Part shown: positions 29,147-37,632 of the stretch, piece after piece
Layout of the letters: every line of letters starts with the position of its first letter
Position numbering within the stretch: position 1 is the first letter of the stretch
NCBI GenBank assembly: GCA_033764955.1
Contig: JANRIL010000024.1
Coordinates: forward strand, 153,621 to 217,620
Origin: Cyanobacteriota bacterium
GTDB taxonomy: Bacteria; Cyanobacteriota; Cyanobacteriia; Thermostichales; Thermostichaceae
Reading direction: 5' to 3'
DNA: 64,000 bases
The notes under the pieces: generated by a model
Told to the model about the DNA's origin: nothing
Seen by the model: the letters and a program-made list of their open reading frames with translations, nothing else
Databases searched by the model: none
Made by a program: the position numbers and the translations under genes

Positions 29147-29385
29147 TTTGCAGCAGCCGCTAGTTGAGCGTTGATAAAGGTAAATATTCTGGAGAGATCA
29201 GAGATCCCAGCCAGTTCAGCTTCTTCATCAGGAGTTAGGGATCCCGTTTTGTGACGGTCTAACAACTCGTCCGAGCGGGATTGCAAGGATGAGCTGAACC
29301 GAAACAGCTTGATATTGCCTGCACTAACAACCCCAATTCCTTGGGGCAAAAGAGATGAGGGCTGAACCATGACTTGTGGCGACAT
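29065..29385 (-). CDS. Small protein upstream of HNH (putative antitoxin partner)
   Basis: F.FS..LQ.R..ELL.R.K.G.LT..E.AEL motif, which I recognise from small genes preceding this HNH type; overlaps the HNH start. Confidence 0.6.
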   Translation of the reverse strand: MSPQVMVQPSSLLPQGIGVVSAGNIKLFRFSSSLQSRSDELLDRHKTGSLTPDEEAELAGISDLSRIFTFINAQLAAAAKWCPTHLEDMYENEPDSYVNTATPPNI

Positions 29386-29443
29386 ATCACGTTAAAAGTA
29401 GCATTATCAGCATTCTAGCTTTTCATACCCTTGCCCTGTATTG

Positions 29444-29797
29444 TCATGAGACTATCAGGGAACTTGTTTCCAAAACCAGGCTATCTGAAATGATAAAAAT
29501 TGCCTGCTCAGATCCCCCCACCCGCAACACCTGGATCCCAGACTCCAATTTCTGCAGGATCCGCCATAATCTTGACCAGTAAGGATCCAATAACAACGGC
29601 TCAAAAAACTCTTCCCCAGATTGGACAATAACCGGATCCCCCTGCGCCATTCGAGCACACACTTTGCTCACCACCAACGGATAGGGAGCTAACTGCACAG
29701 GTTCATCTGCATCGGAGATGTAGCAGAGTTTCGGCACCAGTCGCCGCACCTGATCCTTGAGTTTGCTGCGCTTCGATTTGCGGTAGCGTACCTTCAT
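29444..29797 (-). CDS. Nuclease A inhibitor (NuiA)-like protein
   Basis: LCYISDADEP, EEFFEP, W..L...L......I.V.RVG..E..IFII, V.ET resemble NuiA-family motifs. Confidence 0.6.
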   Translation of the reverse strand: MKVRYRKSKRSKLKDQVRRLVPKLCYISDADEPVQLAPYPLVVSKVCARMAQGDPVIVQSGEEFFEPLLLDPYWSRLWRILQKLESGIQVLRVGGSEQAIFIISDSLVLETSSLIVS

Positions 29798-29800
29798 ACC

Positions 29801-30931
29801 TCACCAGGGTAATTCCTCAAATTCCAGACTTTCTTGATCCGATGCTTTTGAGGTCACACTCAGCAATCGTCTTTTGAGATCCGCCTCTTTTACCTTCAGA
29901 AGTTGGGCGGCTTGAGAGAGTGAAATCGGGGATGATTCCAGACTCTCTTTGACAATTTCTAAGACTGATGAGGGATAAGCATCGATCTTTTCAACATCAA
30001 AAATAGCGGGCACTTCAAACCACTGGGGATCCAGCTTCAATTGCACAGCCAAACTGCGGGGACTGCATTCCTTCCATTCTTCTCGTTGGGTAATCGAGAT
30101 CAGTCTTTCTTCCCACAATCGCATCAACATCGTGGCGTAACTGACTCGCATTCTTACTGCCAACAACATCACCCGAATTGGATCCAAGTGATGAAACACA
30201 AAGCATTCTTGTACTAGATATCTCAGAGCTTTTCCTGGTACTAAAAAGTGGGCGGCAAAAACGTTGGCAAAGCGTTCTTTTGGGTCGGATCCGTGACTAC
30301 TGACACTGGTAATCCCTTTGGCGGAATAGTGATAAAAGGCATGAGCTAATTCGTGAGCCAGAGTAAAAACTTGACGGCCTGGGGTGGTGTCGGAATTAAC
30401 CAGGATGCAACTGCCTAAGCGGGGATGATTGTAATAGGCTCCTGAGATTTGACTGGATCCCATCTGACGAAAACTACCTAATGGTGCTCGATAGACCAGT
30501 ACCCCAATACTGTCGAGAAACCCAGCCAGATCTGAAATGGCATCCAGTCCGAGATCGTAATGTGCCCGCACCTCAACCGCCAAAGTAGGAGCGCGGCGGA
30601 TGTCTTCTTCTAAGCCCCGATCTAATTTCTTGGGGGTTTTGAAAGTCTGGATCTCACGTCCTTGACTGGTGAGAAAATCTGCCCAGGCATCCAGAAAATC
30701 CAGCCAACCATCGATCTCGATCCGCACCTCACCGTTTTGCGGGATCCCGCGATAGAGCACTTCTCGCTCTTGATCTTCCGCCAGATCGATTTCCCCCAGT
30801 AGGTACGCCACAGGCACCTGATAAAACTTGGCCAGTTTCTGCAATGCACTGGCTTGAGGACGACGTTTGCCGTTTTCCCAAGTGGAGATCGTCTCGAGGG
30901 GAATCTTGATAGCTTTATCCGTATGAGACAA
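29801..30931 (-). CDS. XRE-HTH / ImmA-IrrE family metallopeptidase fusion (N-terminus apparently truncated)
   Basis: ETISTWENGKRRP..L.KLA.FY.V HTH; RQVFTLAHELAH (HExxH); ERFANVFAAHFLVP; in-frame stop just upstream and first HTH helix missing. Confidence 0.85.
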   Translation of the reverse strand: MSHTDKAIKIPLETISTWENGKRRPQASALQKLAKFYQVPVAYLLGEIDLAEDQEREVLYRGIPQNGEVRIEIDGWLDFLDAWADFLTSQGREIQTFKTPKKLDRGLEEDIRRAPTLAVEVRAHYDLGLDAISDLAGFLDSIGVLVYRAPLGSFRQMGSSQISGAYYNHPRLGSCILVNSDTTPGRQVFTLAHELAHAFYHYSAKGITSVSSHGSDPKERFANVFAAHFLVPGKALRYLVQECFVFHHLDPIRVMLLAVRMRVSYATMLMRLWEERLISITQREEWKECSPRSLAVQLKLDPQWFEVPAIFDVEKIDAYPSSVLEIVKESLESSPISLSQAAQLLKVKEADLKRRLLSVTSKASDQESLEFEELPW

Positions 30932-30983
30932 GTTATCCTAGAGCGGGAAAACACTTAAATCGATCCACAAGCATTGCAAGACC

Positions 30984-32418
30984 ATGGAATTGAATGATAT
31001 TCAAGCCAGGATCAATACATTGATGACAGCTTTTGTTACAGAGATAAAAGGATCTTCTGCGATGGGCAGAAATGACATTAATAAAGTTTCTGAACTTGTT
31101 TTGATTCCTATTTTCAAAGAAATATATGGCTATAGAAATTTGCAGAACTTGAATCATCAATACTCAATCAACTATCCTTCCATAGACCTAGGGGATGAAG
31201 TAAGTAAAGTTGCAATACAAGTCACGGCAACTCAAGATATAGAAAAGATTAAAGATACACTAAAAAAGTTTATCGAAAACAAACTAAATCAGAAATTCAA
31301 CAGATTAATTATATATATTCTTACCGAAAAACAGAGATCCTACTCTAGTAAATCAATAGAAAAGATAATCAATAGCACATTTGATTTTTCTCCGGAAAAT
31401 GACATTCTCGACTATCGAGATATCCTAAAAGAGGTTTCATCATTTCAAGTTGACAAAGCAAGAAAGATTAGAGAAATTCTTGAGTCAAACTTTAGCAGTT
31501 ACAGATTTAATGGCAATCAAGAACCTATTGATTTAGCTACTCAATCTATCTATCTAAATCTATTGGAACTAAAATTCCCTGAGAATATGTATTTAGCTGA
31601 AATTGCTCATAATATATCAACATCCACTAAGGATGCACCAAGAAAAAATAAAGCCCCCAGAGACATCGTAAAGATTTTACTTGAGGATTTGGGTTTAAAA
31701 TCTAGCTCGGATTGGGTTATCTCAGGAAATAAAATTATTACATTTAACGATCTCGAAAACAATTCAATTCCTTTATCTAATATTACTCGAAAAGATACAA
31801 TAAATATTGTTAATTCAATAAAATATTGCAGTGCTAGTATGGATAACGAGTCAATTTTTAAATCCCTATTAGATCGCTGTATGCAACAAAAGCTATATCA
31901 CCGTGGAGTTCAATGGCAAAACGAAGAAAAACTATTCATTTTCACTTCAATACAAAATCAGCCTAAACGTACTGAGAAATGGAAAGGAGAAAAGGAAAGT
32001 GTAAGAACAGTATATGAGCGCAAGATGAAAAAAAACAAGCCTGAGGAGATATTGTGTTATAAGCACCTAGGATTCAGAATTCAGTATTGACAGTAAGTGG
32101 TATTGCATAGTAAAACCCGATTGGTTCTTTAGCCATGATGGATATAAGAGGTCATACTATCATGCTCAATCAGTCCAATGGCTCAAAAAACAAGAAAATG
32201 ACACACAAGTCTTTAATCATCTAAGATTTATCGTGTATTTCCTCTCCAACGAGCCAGAGGCAAGTTTATTTGATATGAAGCGATCTTATCCATTCCTGTC
32301 TTTTGGAAATTTATTAAGCTTTGATTGTGCTCCAATTCTAAAGGATGAGGATTGGAATCCATCAGATCAACTTCAGCCAGATCAACTAGAGTCAGATCAG
32401 TTAACTATAGATTTATGA
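30984..32418 (+). pseudogene. SMEK-APAZ effector of a short Argonaute system, frameshifted near 32088
   Basis: N-terminal SMEK signature (DINKVSE..I.KEIY.Y.NL.NLN..NYPSIDLGD..AIQVT..KIKDTL.KF); APAZ-like region from IYLNLLEL to YKHLGFRIQY*; +1 frame continues IDSKWYCIVKPDWFFSHDG..KKQEND..V.NHL.F..YPFLSFG to the stop at 32418. Confidence 0.8.
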
Positions 32419-33839
32419 GATCACATTTTCTTCAGGAACCTTTTCTTGAGTTTGGCTGCGGGCAGCATATTTGTCCTAGGGCTGGAATCTCCGAATATAA
32501 GGTATATGATACAAGGTTTTCTGCAAGACGTGAGAAGATTTTGGTCGGAGCAATTGGAACAAGTCAGAATTTGACTGAATTTAGTTTATGGCTTGATAAA
32601 TGCTCAAAGGTTATACCAGGAAAATCTGAATCAAGACATAGTAACCTTTATCCTTCATTTTGTGGATTTAATTTGGAATCTGGCTATAAAGCAAGGTTTA
32701 TATTTAATGAGGAGATAACAAGGAAAATAAATAATTCAGACATAAAGAATTTGCTTAAAATTGAAAACTGGAATGATAGAGTAAATGAGACATCAGAATT
32801 ATACTACCAGCTTACTAAATTTCTAGCTCAAAATAGGTCTGTTGATGTTATTGTGTGTATTATCCCAGACGAATTATATAGTAAAATATCTCAAAAGGAA
32901 AAGACCCCTATCGAAGAATCAATTGACGAAGCTGCTTCTGTTGATATTTTAGAGAATAATTTTCGAAGACTTATTAAAGCAAAAAGCATGCATCTTGGTA
33001 AGCCTATACAGTTATTGCGTAGCTCATCATTGCAGTCTAATTCTACAATGCAACAGGATGATGCAACCAAGGCTTGGAACTTTTCCACTGCTTTATATTA
33101 TAAAGCTAATCAAACAGTTCCCTGGAAGCTAATAACAAATATCAATAGACCATCTATTTGTTTTGTAGGAATTAGTTTTTATCGTAGTCGCGACAGAAAA
33201 ATATTGCATACAAGTCTTGCCCAATTGTTTGATGAATTAGGCAATAGTGTAATTCTTAGAGGCACACCAGTAGCCATTGGCAAAGATGATCGTCAGCCAC
33301 ACTTGACAGCTTATCAAGCTCATGCACTACTAAAAGAATCACTATCTGAGTATGCGCTCGCTCTTGGTAACTTTCCCGCAAGGTTAGTTATTCATAAATC
33401 ATCAAAATTCAATGATCAAGAGATTGATGGTTTTAGAAGTGCTGCCTCAGAAGCGAGAGTCAATTCTATCGACTTTGTCTCCATCCTTGATACTGATATT
33501 CGACTATTTCGAGGGCAGACTTACCCACCGTACAGAGGTACTCTCATTGAGTTGGATTCTAAAACTAATTTGTTGTATACTAAAGGTTCAGTTAATTACT
33601 ATAAAACTTATACAGGGAAATACATACCACATCCATTAGAAATTAGGGTGGCTGATGCTGACGAGTCTCCTAAGGTAATATGTGAAGAGATTCTCGCACT
33701 AACAAAAATGAACTGGAATAATACACAGTTTGACGGTAGGCTTCCTATCACAATCCAGTGTTCTAGGAAAGTTGGTGAGATTATGAAATACTTGAGTGAA
33801 CATGATAATCCTCAAGTTCGTTATTGTTATTACATGTAG
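32415..33839 (+). CDS. ago: Short prokaryotic Argonaute (MID-PIWI only, catalytically inactive)
   Basis: 474 aa; EPFLEFG..PRAGI, FRRLIKAK..PIQL, QDDATKAWNF.TALYYKA..PWKL, CFVGISFY, RLVIHK, YRGT, LYTKG, EILALTKMNWN, LPITI, YYM C-terminus; ATGA overlap with the APAZ stop. Confidence 0.93.
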   Translation: MRSHFLQEPFLEFGCGQHICPRAGISEYKVYDTRFSARREKILVGAIGTSQNLTEFSLWLDKCSKVIPGKSESRHSNLYPSFCGFNLESGYKARFIFNEEITRKINNSDIKNLLKIENWNDRVNETSELYYQLTKFLAQNRSVDVIVCIIPDELYSKISQKEKTPIEESIDEAASVDILENNFRRLIKAKSMHLGKPIQLLRSSSLQSNSTMQQDDATKAWNFSTALYYKANQTVPWKLITNINRPSICFVGISFYRSRDRKILHTSLAQLFDELGNSVILRGTPVAIGKDDRQPHLTAYQAHALLKESLSEYALALGNFPARLVIHKSSKFNDQEIDGFRSAASEARVNSIDFVSILDTDIRLFRGQTYPPYRGTLIELDSKTNLLYTKGSVNYYKTYTGKYIPHPLEIRVADADESPKVICEEILALTKMNWNNTQFDGRLPITIQCSRKVGEIMKYLSEHDNPQVRYCYYM

Positions 33840-33924
33840 TTGAAGACTTGTTTTAAAGTTGCAAATTTAATTGTAAAAGAGCGAATTTATTACCTGACCC
33901 ACTTTGCCTTAGCCTAATGGTTGA

Positions 33925-35910
33925 ATGGCTGTTTATAAAAGGGATCCCCACCCTCTGCAAGAGCTACTGCAAACCCTGCGCGAGTCTTACACCCCAGAAC
34001 AAAAACAGCAGATCTGGTCAACCTTCTCACCTCAGTTACGCAGTCGGATCCATGCCCTGCTCAAAGACCAAGATCCTCGCCAAGCCATTACCCGCGAGAA
34101 GGGATCATTAGAGGTGGATCTTGAGAAGTTGGATCTCAACTACCACTCTCCCGTTCCTATCCCAGAATGGAAACCTACTCTGCAACTTAAGCCCTACGAG
34201 CAACTGAGTAAGCTCTATCTGGATATTGACGCTTCAGGACTGGATCCAGCCTATGACCGCGTTTTGATGGTAGGGTTCATGGATCATTTCGGTTCTGTAA
34301 CTCTGTTAACGGATCCGGATGAACGCCAAATCCTGATCCAAACCCTGGAATTTCTCAGATCTCATCCCCATGAATTGCTGATCGGTCACAACCTCTTCCA
34401 GTTCGATTTACCCTTCTTGATGACCCGCTGGGATTTGCATGGGATCCCTCATCTCTTTAGTTACAAAAAAGATCATCACGGACAGCAAATCACCCAAACC
34501 ATTACTGCCTCAAGCTTTCACAGCAAGCCGATCCAATTTCACCCCATTACCTGTTCAGGGATCCAGATCCTCGATACTTTCCACCAGATCTGTATCTGGG
34601 ATAAAAGTGCTGCCAAACTTGAAAGCTACAATCTCAAATCCTGTGTTCTCACTTTGGGATTACGGGATACTCAACGGCTGGATCTTTCCCCTGATCAGAT
34701 CCAAAACTGTTGGGCAAATGGAGATCTACAAACCCTCTCTCAATATCTACACTTTGATCTGGAAGACACCCAACGACTGGCAGATTTTCTCTTGCCTGTG
34801 GTCTATTACCAACTTGCAGTAGTCCCCCAGATCTCCTTCCAAGACTTAGCCGTAGCTTCTCCTGCTCTGAAAGCCCAACGGATCCATCAATCTCTCTTAC
34901 CTAACCTCAAGCCAGAGGCGGATCCACCCGTTCACTATGGTGGTGGAACAGTAGAGTGCATCACCCCTGGATTGCACCGCAATGTTGCCAAAATCGACAT
35001 CAGCTCCCTCTATCCCAGCATCATGCTCAGGTTTGGGATCTGTTCTCGCAAGGATCCAGAACATAAATTCTTGGGCGTGATGCAATACATGACTCAGGAA
35101 CGTCTGCACCTGAAACAATTAGCCAAAGAGGGAAATATCCAAGCTCATCACGAACAGAATGCGCTCAAGATCTTGATCAACGGATCCTATGGCTTTTTAG
35201 GCACAGGCGGTTACACTTTCAACGACTACGAAGCGGCAGCTCTAGTCACTGCCTATGGTCGAAAGATCCTGCAACAGATGAAAGAGGTAGTGGAAGAGAA
35301 CAACGGGATCCTGATTGAGTTAGACACTGATGGGATCTTCTTTTCTCATCCCCAACCTCAAGACATTGTTGAGAAAGTGCAGCACGCTTTACCCGATGGG
35401 ATCATGGCTGAATTGGAGCTATCAAGCTGTGGGATGTATGTCCCCAAGGCTAAGAGTTATGTGATCATTCATCCCAACGGCAAGACCACGATTAAGGGGA
35501 TCTTTCGCAAACGAAATCGCTATCCTCTGGAGCGGATCTTCCCCGTTGAGTTCCTGAAACGGTATTTTCTGGAATCAGAGGAAGTTGCCTTTGCTTATTA
35601 CCAAAAGGTGAGAGAGTCAATTCAACAGCGACGGATCTCTATCGAGGAGTTGACTATTACTCACAAGATTGGATCCGCTGAGAAACAACTCCTCAAATTG
35701 GGTAAACCTGGTGAAGTGGTCAGCTATTTTTATGTTGAGCAGAAACGGATCCATCCCAAAAGTCGGAAGCTATTGTCATCTGTCGCTGCAGAATCCACTA
35801 CTGGGGATTACTGGATCGATTGGTATCTGAACCGATTGGATCAGCAAGTCCAAGAAATGACAGGGATCCAGGTAAATGAAGAATCCCAGCTCCCGATAAG
35901 TCTTGTATAA
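33925..35910 (+). CDS. Family B DNA polymerase with 3'-5' exonuclease domain
   Basis: Exo motifs LDIDASGL, GHN..FDLPFL, YL.FD; polymerase motifs DISSLYPS, KILINGSYG, DTDG, K.Y, IKG. Confidence 0.9.
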   Translation: MAVYKRDPHPLQELLQTLRESYTPEQKQQIWSTFSPQLRSRIHALLKDQDPRQAITREKGSLEVDLEKLDLNYHSPVPIPEWKPTLQLKPYEQLSKLYLDIDASGLDPAYDRVLMVGFMDHFGSVTLLTDPDERQILIQTLEFLRSHPHELLIGHNLFQFDLPFLMTRWDLHGIPHLFSYKKDHHGQQITQTITASSFHSKPIQFHPITCSGIQILDTFHQICIWDKSAAKLESYNLKSCVLTLGLRDTQRLDLSPDQIQNCWANGDLQTLSQYLHFDLEDTQRLADFLLPVVYYQLAVVPQISFQDLAVASPALKAQRIHQSLLPNLKPEADPPVHYGGGTVECITPGLHRNVAKIDISSLYPSIMLRFGICSRKDPEHKFLGVMQYMTQERLHLKQLAKEGNIQAHHEQNALKILINGSYGFLGTGGYTFNDYEAAALVTAYGRKILQQMKEVVEENNGILIELDTDGIFFSHPQPQDIVEKVQHALPDGIMAELELSSCGMYVPKAKSYVIIHPNGKTTIKGIFRKRNRYPLERIFPVEFLKRYFLESEEVAFAYYQKVRESIQQRRISIEELTITHKIGSAEKQLLKLGKPGEVVSYFYVEQKRIHPKSRKLLSSVAAESTTGDYWIDWYLNRLDQQVQEMTGIQVNEESQLPISLV

Positions 35911-35934
35911 TCAATGTATAAACTCAATGTCTTA
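35904..35934 (+). promoter_or_regulatory. Putative mazEF promoter/operator
   Basis: TATAAT at 35906-35911; repeats TGTATAA (35904, 35915) and TCAATGT (35911, 35924) just before the antitoxin start. Confidence 0.45.
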
Positions 35935-35936
35935 CC

Positions 35937-36179
35937 ATGATTACTCAAAAAGTCAGATTCTGGGGCAATTCGCTGGGGATCCGTATCCCTCAAGCTATCC
36001 TGCAGCAGATTGGTATCACAGAAGGATCTACGGTTTCTCTCTCCATCGAAGGCAATCGAGTCATTATCTCCCCTACCCGTCTCAAGTACACCCTGGAAGA
36101 ACTTCTGAAGGATGTGGATCCGGTTTCGCAGCACAATGAAGTGGAATGGGGAGATCCGGTAGGAGAAGAGCAGTGGTAA
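35937..36179 (+). CDS. mazE: AbrB/MazE-family antitoxin
   Basis: WGNSLGIRIP, YTLEELL, H.E.EWG.P.G.E.W C-terminus. Confidence 0.92.
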   Translation: MITQKVRFWGNSLGIRIPQAILQQIGITEGSTVSLSIEGNRVIISPTRLKYTLEELLKDVDPVSQHNEVEWGDPVGEEQW

Positions 36180-36517
36180 AAATTGATGGACAAGTTCCAG
36201 AACGAGGTGACATCATCCGCTTACAATTCAATCCGAGAATCGGCAGTGAGCAAGCAGGTTTTCGCCCCGCTATTGTGATTTCTCCATCACCTTATAACCG
36301 GATCTCAAAGCTGATTTTGGTTTGCCCGATTACCAGCCAGGAGAAAGGTTGGCCTTTTGAGGTGAAACTCCCACCTGAGATGCAAATTCAGGGAGTGGTT
36401 TTAGTAGACCAAATCCGCACGGTTGACTGTGCTGCCAGAGGATCTAGCTTTGTCGAGAAAGCGCCTGCTGAAGTATTAGATGAGATCTTAGCCAGACTAG
36501 AGCCCCTTGTAGGCTAA
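36173..36517 (+). CDS. mazF: MazF/PemK family endoribonuclease toxin
   Basis: P.RGDII.LQFNP..G.EQAG.RPAIVIS..YN, CPITSQ.KG.PFEV, GVVL.DQ; GTG at 36173 with AGGAG, overlapping the mazE stop. Confidence 0.92.
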   Translation: MVKIDGQVPERGDIIRLQFNPRIGSEQAGFRPAIVISPSPYNRISKLILVCPITSQEKGWPFEVKLPPEMQIQGVVLVDQIRTVDCAARGSSFVEKAPAEVLDEILARLEPLVG

Positions 36518-37602
36518 TCCTCTACACCATACAACTCCGGTAGTTCAACACGGCGAATACTGGATGCATAAAAATCGTAGAGGGTTTCTACTCGATGCCC
36601 TGCCATCTCTGCCATTGTGGTCGGATCCACCCCTGCTTCTAGAGCATGGGAGATCACGGTATGTCGAGTTTTGTACTGAGTTGTCAAGTGGGGTTGCCAT
36701 TCGATCCCAGCAGCATTCAAACAAGCCCGCCAACAGCGATTGACAAAATTATGGCTGTCAATAAATCCCCCTTTGGGTGCAGGAAAAACTAAAGCTTTGC
36801 AGTCTAACTTTTCTGGTTGACGATCCTTGAGTAATGCGACCAACGTTGGGTTCATCGGGAAAACCCGCTCTTCTTCCGTTTTGGTCGTCTTGACCCGAAC
36901 TTCTCCAGCATCACCTCGCCATAGAGAACGGTCAAACTGGATTTCCCGCCGATCAAAATCGATTTGCTCCCAGCTCAAAGCCACCGCTTCCCCAGTGCGG
37001 CAACCTGTCAGCAAGAGGAATTTTACGAAGTCGAAGTAGTGGCTGTAGTAACGATCCTGCTGAAGAAATTGCAGTATTGCTTTAACCTGCTGAGCAGAAT
37101 AAGCACGACGACTGCGGCGACGCGGCAGGGCAATATGGATCCCCCCGAAATGTTCAGGATCCAGCTTTTTGAGCGTCGCCACATAGCGCCGTAGACTGGC
37201 AGGCTTCAGCTCTTGCTTGGATCCTTTCTGTAACCAAGCCACCAGCTCCTCAGCCTCGACTGTGGAGCGGATAGGTTTATGCCACTGCCTAAGACGACTC
37301 AGCAAGGCGTTGTCAGCTCGATTGAAGTTTTTCGCTAATTGCTTTTCCAACAACGAGATCAACTCAATCCCTTCTACTTGTCGCTCCCGCTGCGGCTTGT
37401 AGGTCTTCAGCGTCGGATCCAGATGCCCACTGGCCATATCCAGTTCAATCTGAGTTGCTTTCCCAATCGCAGCCGTCCGATTTACTTTACTGTCGGGCAA
37501 TCCCAAAGCAAAACAGTAGCGTTTGCCCAGATGGGTGAACCGGATCCGTAAGCGGCCATTATCGGTTTCGATTTTGACAGATCCGTTGGGGGATGTGGCC
37601 AC
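36514..37602 (-). CDS. Tyrosine integrase with N-terminal arm-binding domain
   Basis: GRLRIRF..GKRY..LGL arm domain; TGCRTGE, KT, YKTRHT, AGH and catalytic Tyr (FYA); start uncertain (37602 to 37737). Confidence 0.9.
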   Translation of the reverse strand: MATSPNGSVKIETDNGRLRIRFTHLGKRYCFALGLPDSKVNRTAAIGKATQIELDMASGHLDPTLKTYKPQRERQVEGIELISLLEKQLAKNFNRADNALLSRLRQWHKPIRSTVEAEELVAWLQKGSKQELKPASLRRYVATLKKLDPEHFGGIHIALPRRRSRRAYSAQQVKAILQFLQQDRYYSHYFDFVKFLLLTGCRTGEAVALSWEQIDFDRREIQFDRSLWRGDAGEVRVKTTKTEEERVFPMNPTLVALLKDRQPEKLDCKALVFPAPKGGFIDSHNFVNRCWRACLNAAGIEWQPHLTTQYKTRHTVISHALEAGVDPTTMAEMAGHRVETLYDFYASSIRRVELPELYGVED

Positions 37603-37632
37603 AAGGGTAGATTTCTGCTGGTCTGCACCCTC

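Noticed and set aside
32082..32091. Programmed +1 frameshift at TAT TGA C, similar to prfB CTT TGA C
   Set aside because: No properly spaced internal Shine-Dalgarno, and tRNA-Tyr re-pairing on ATT is poor; a small deletion or assembly error is simpler.
32352..32414. ORF-track N-terminal extension of the Argonaute
   Set aside because: It overlaps the APAZ C-terminal frame; ATG 32415 gives a standard ATGA coupling and the typical EP.LEFG start.
33925..35910. Calling the element a pipolin or casposon
   Set aside because: I cannot see the insertions typical of protein-primed/primer-independent PolBs, and there is no Cas1; the class needs a phylogeny.
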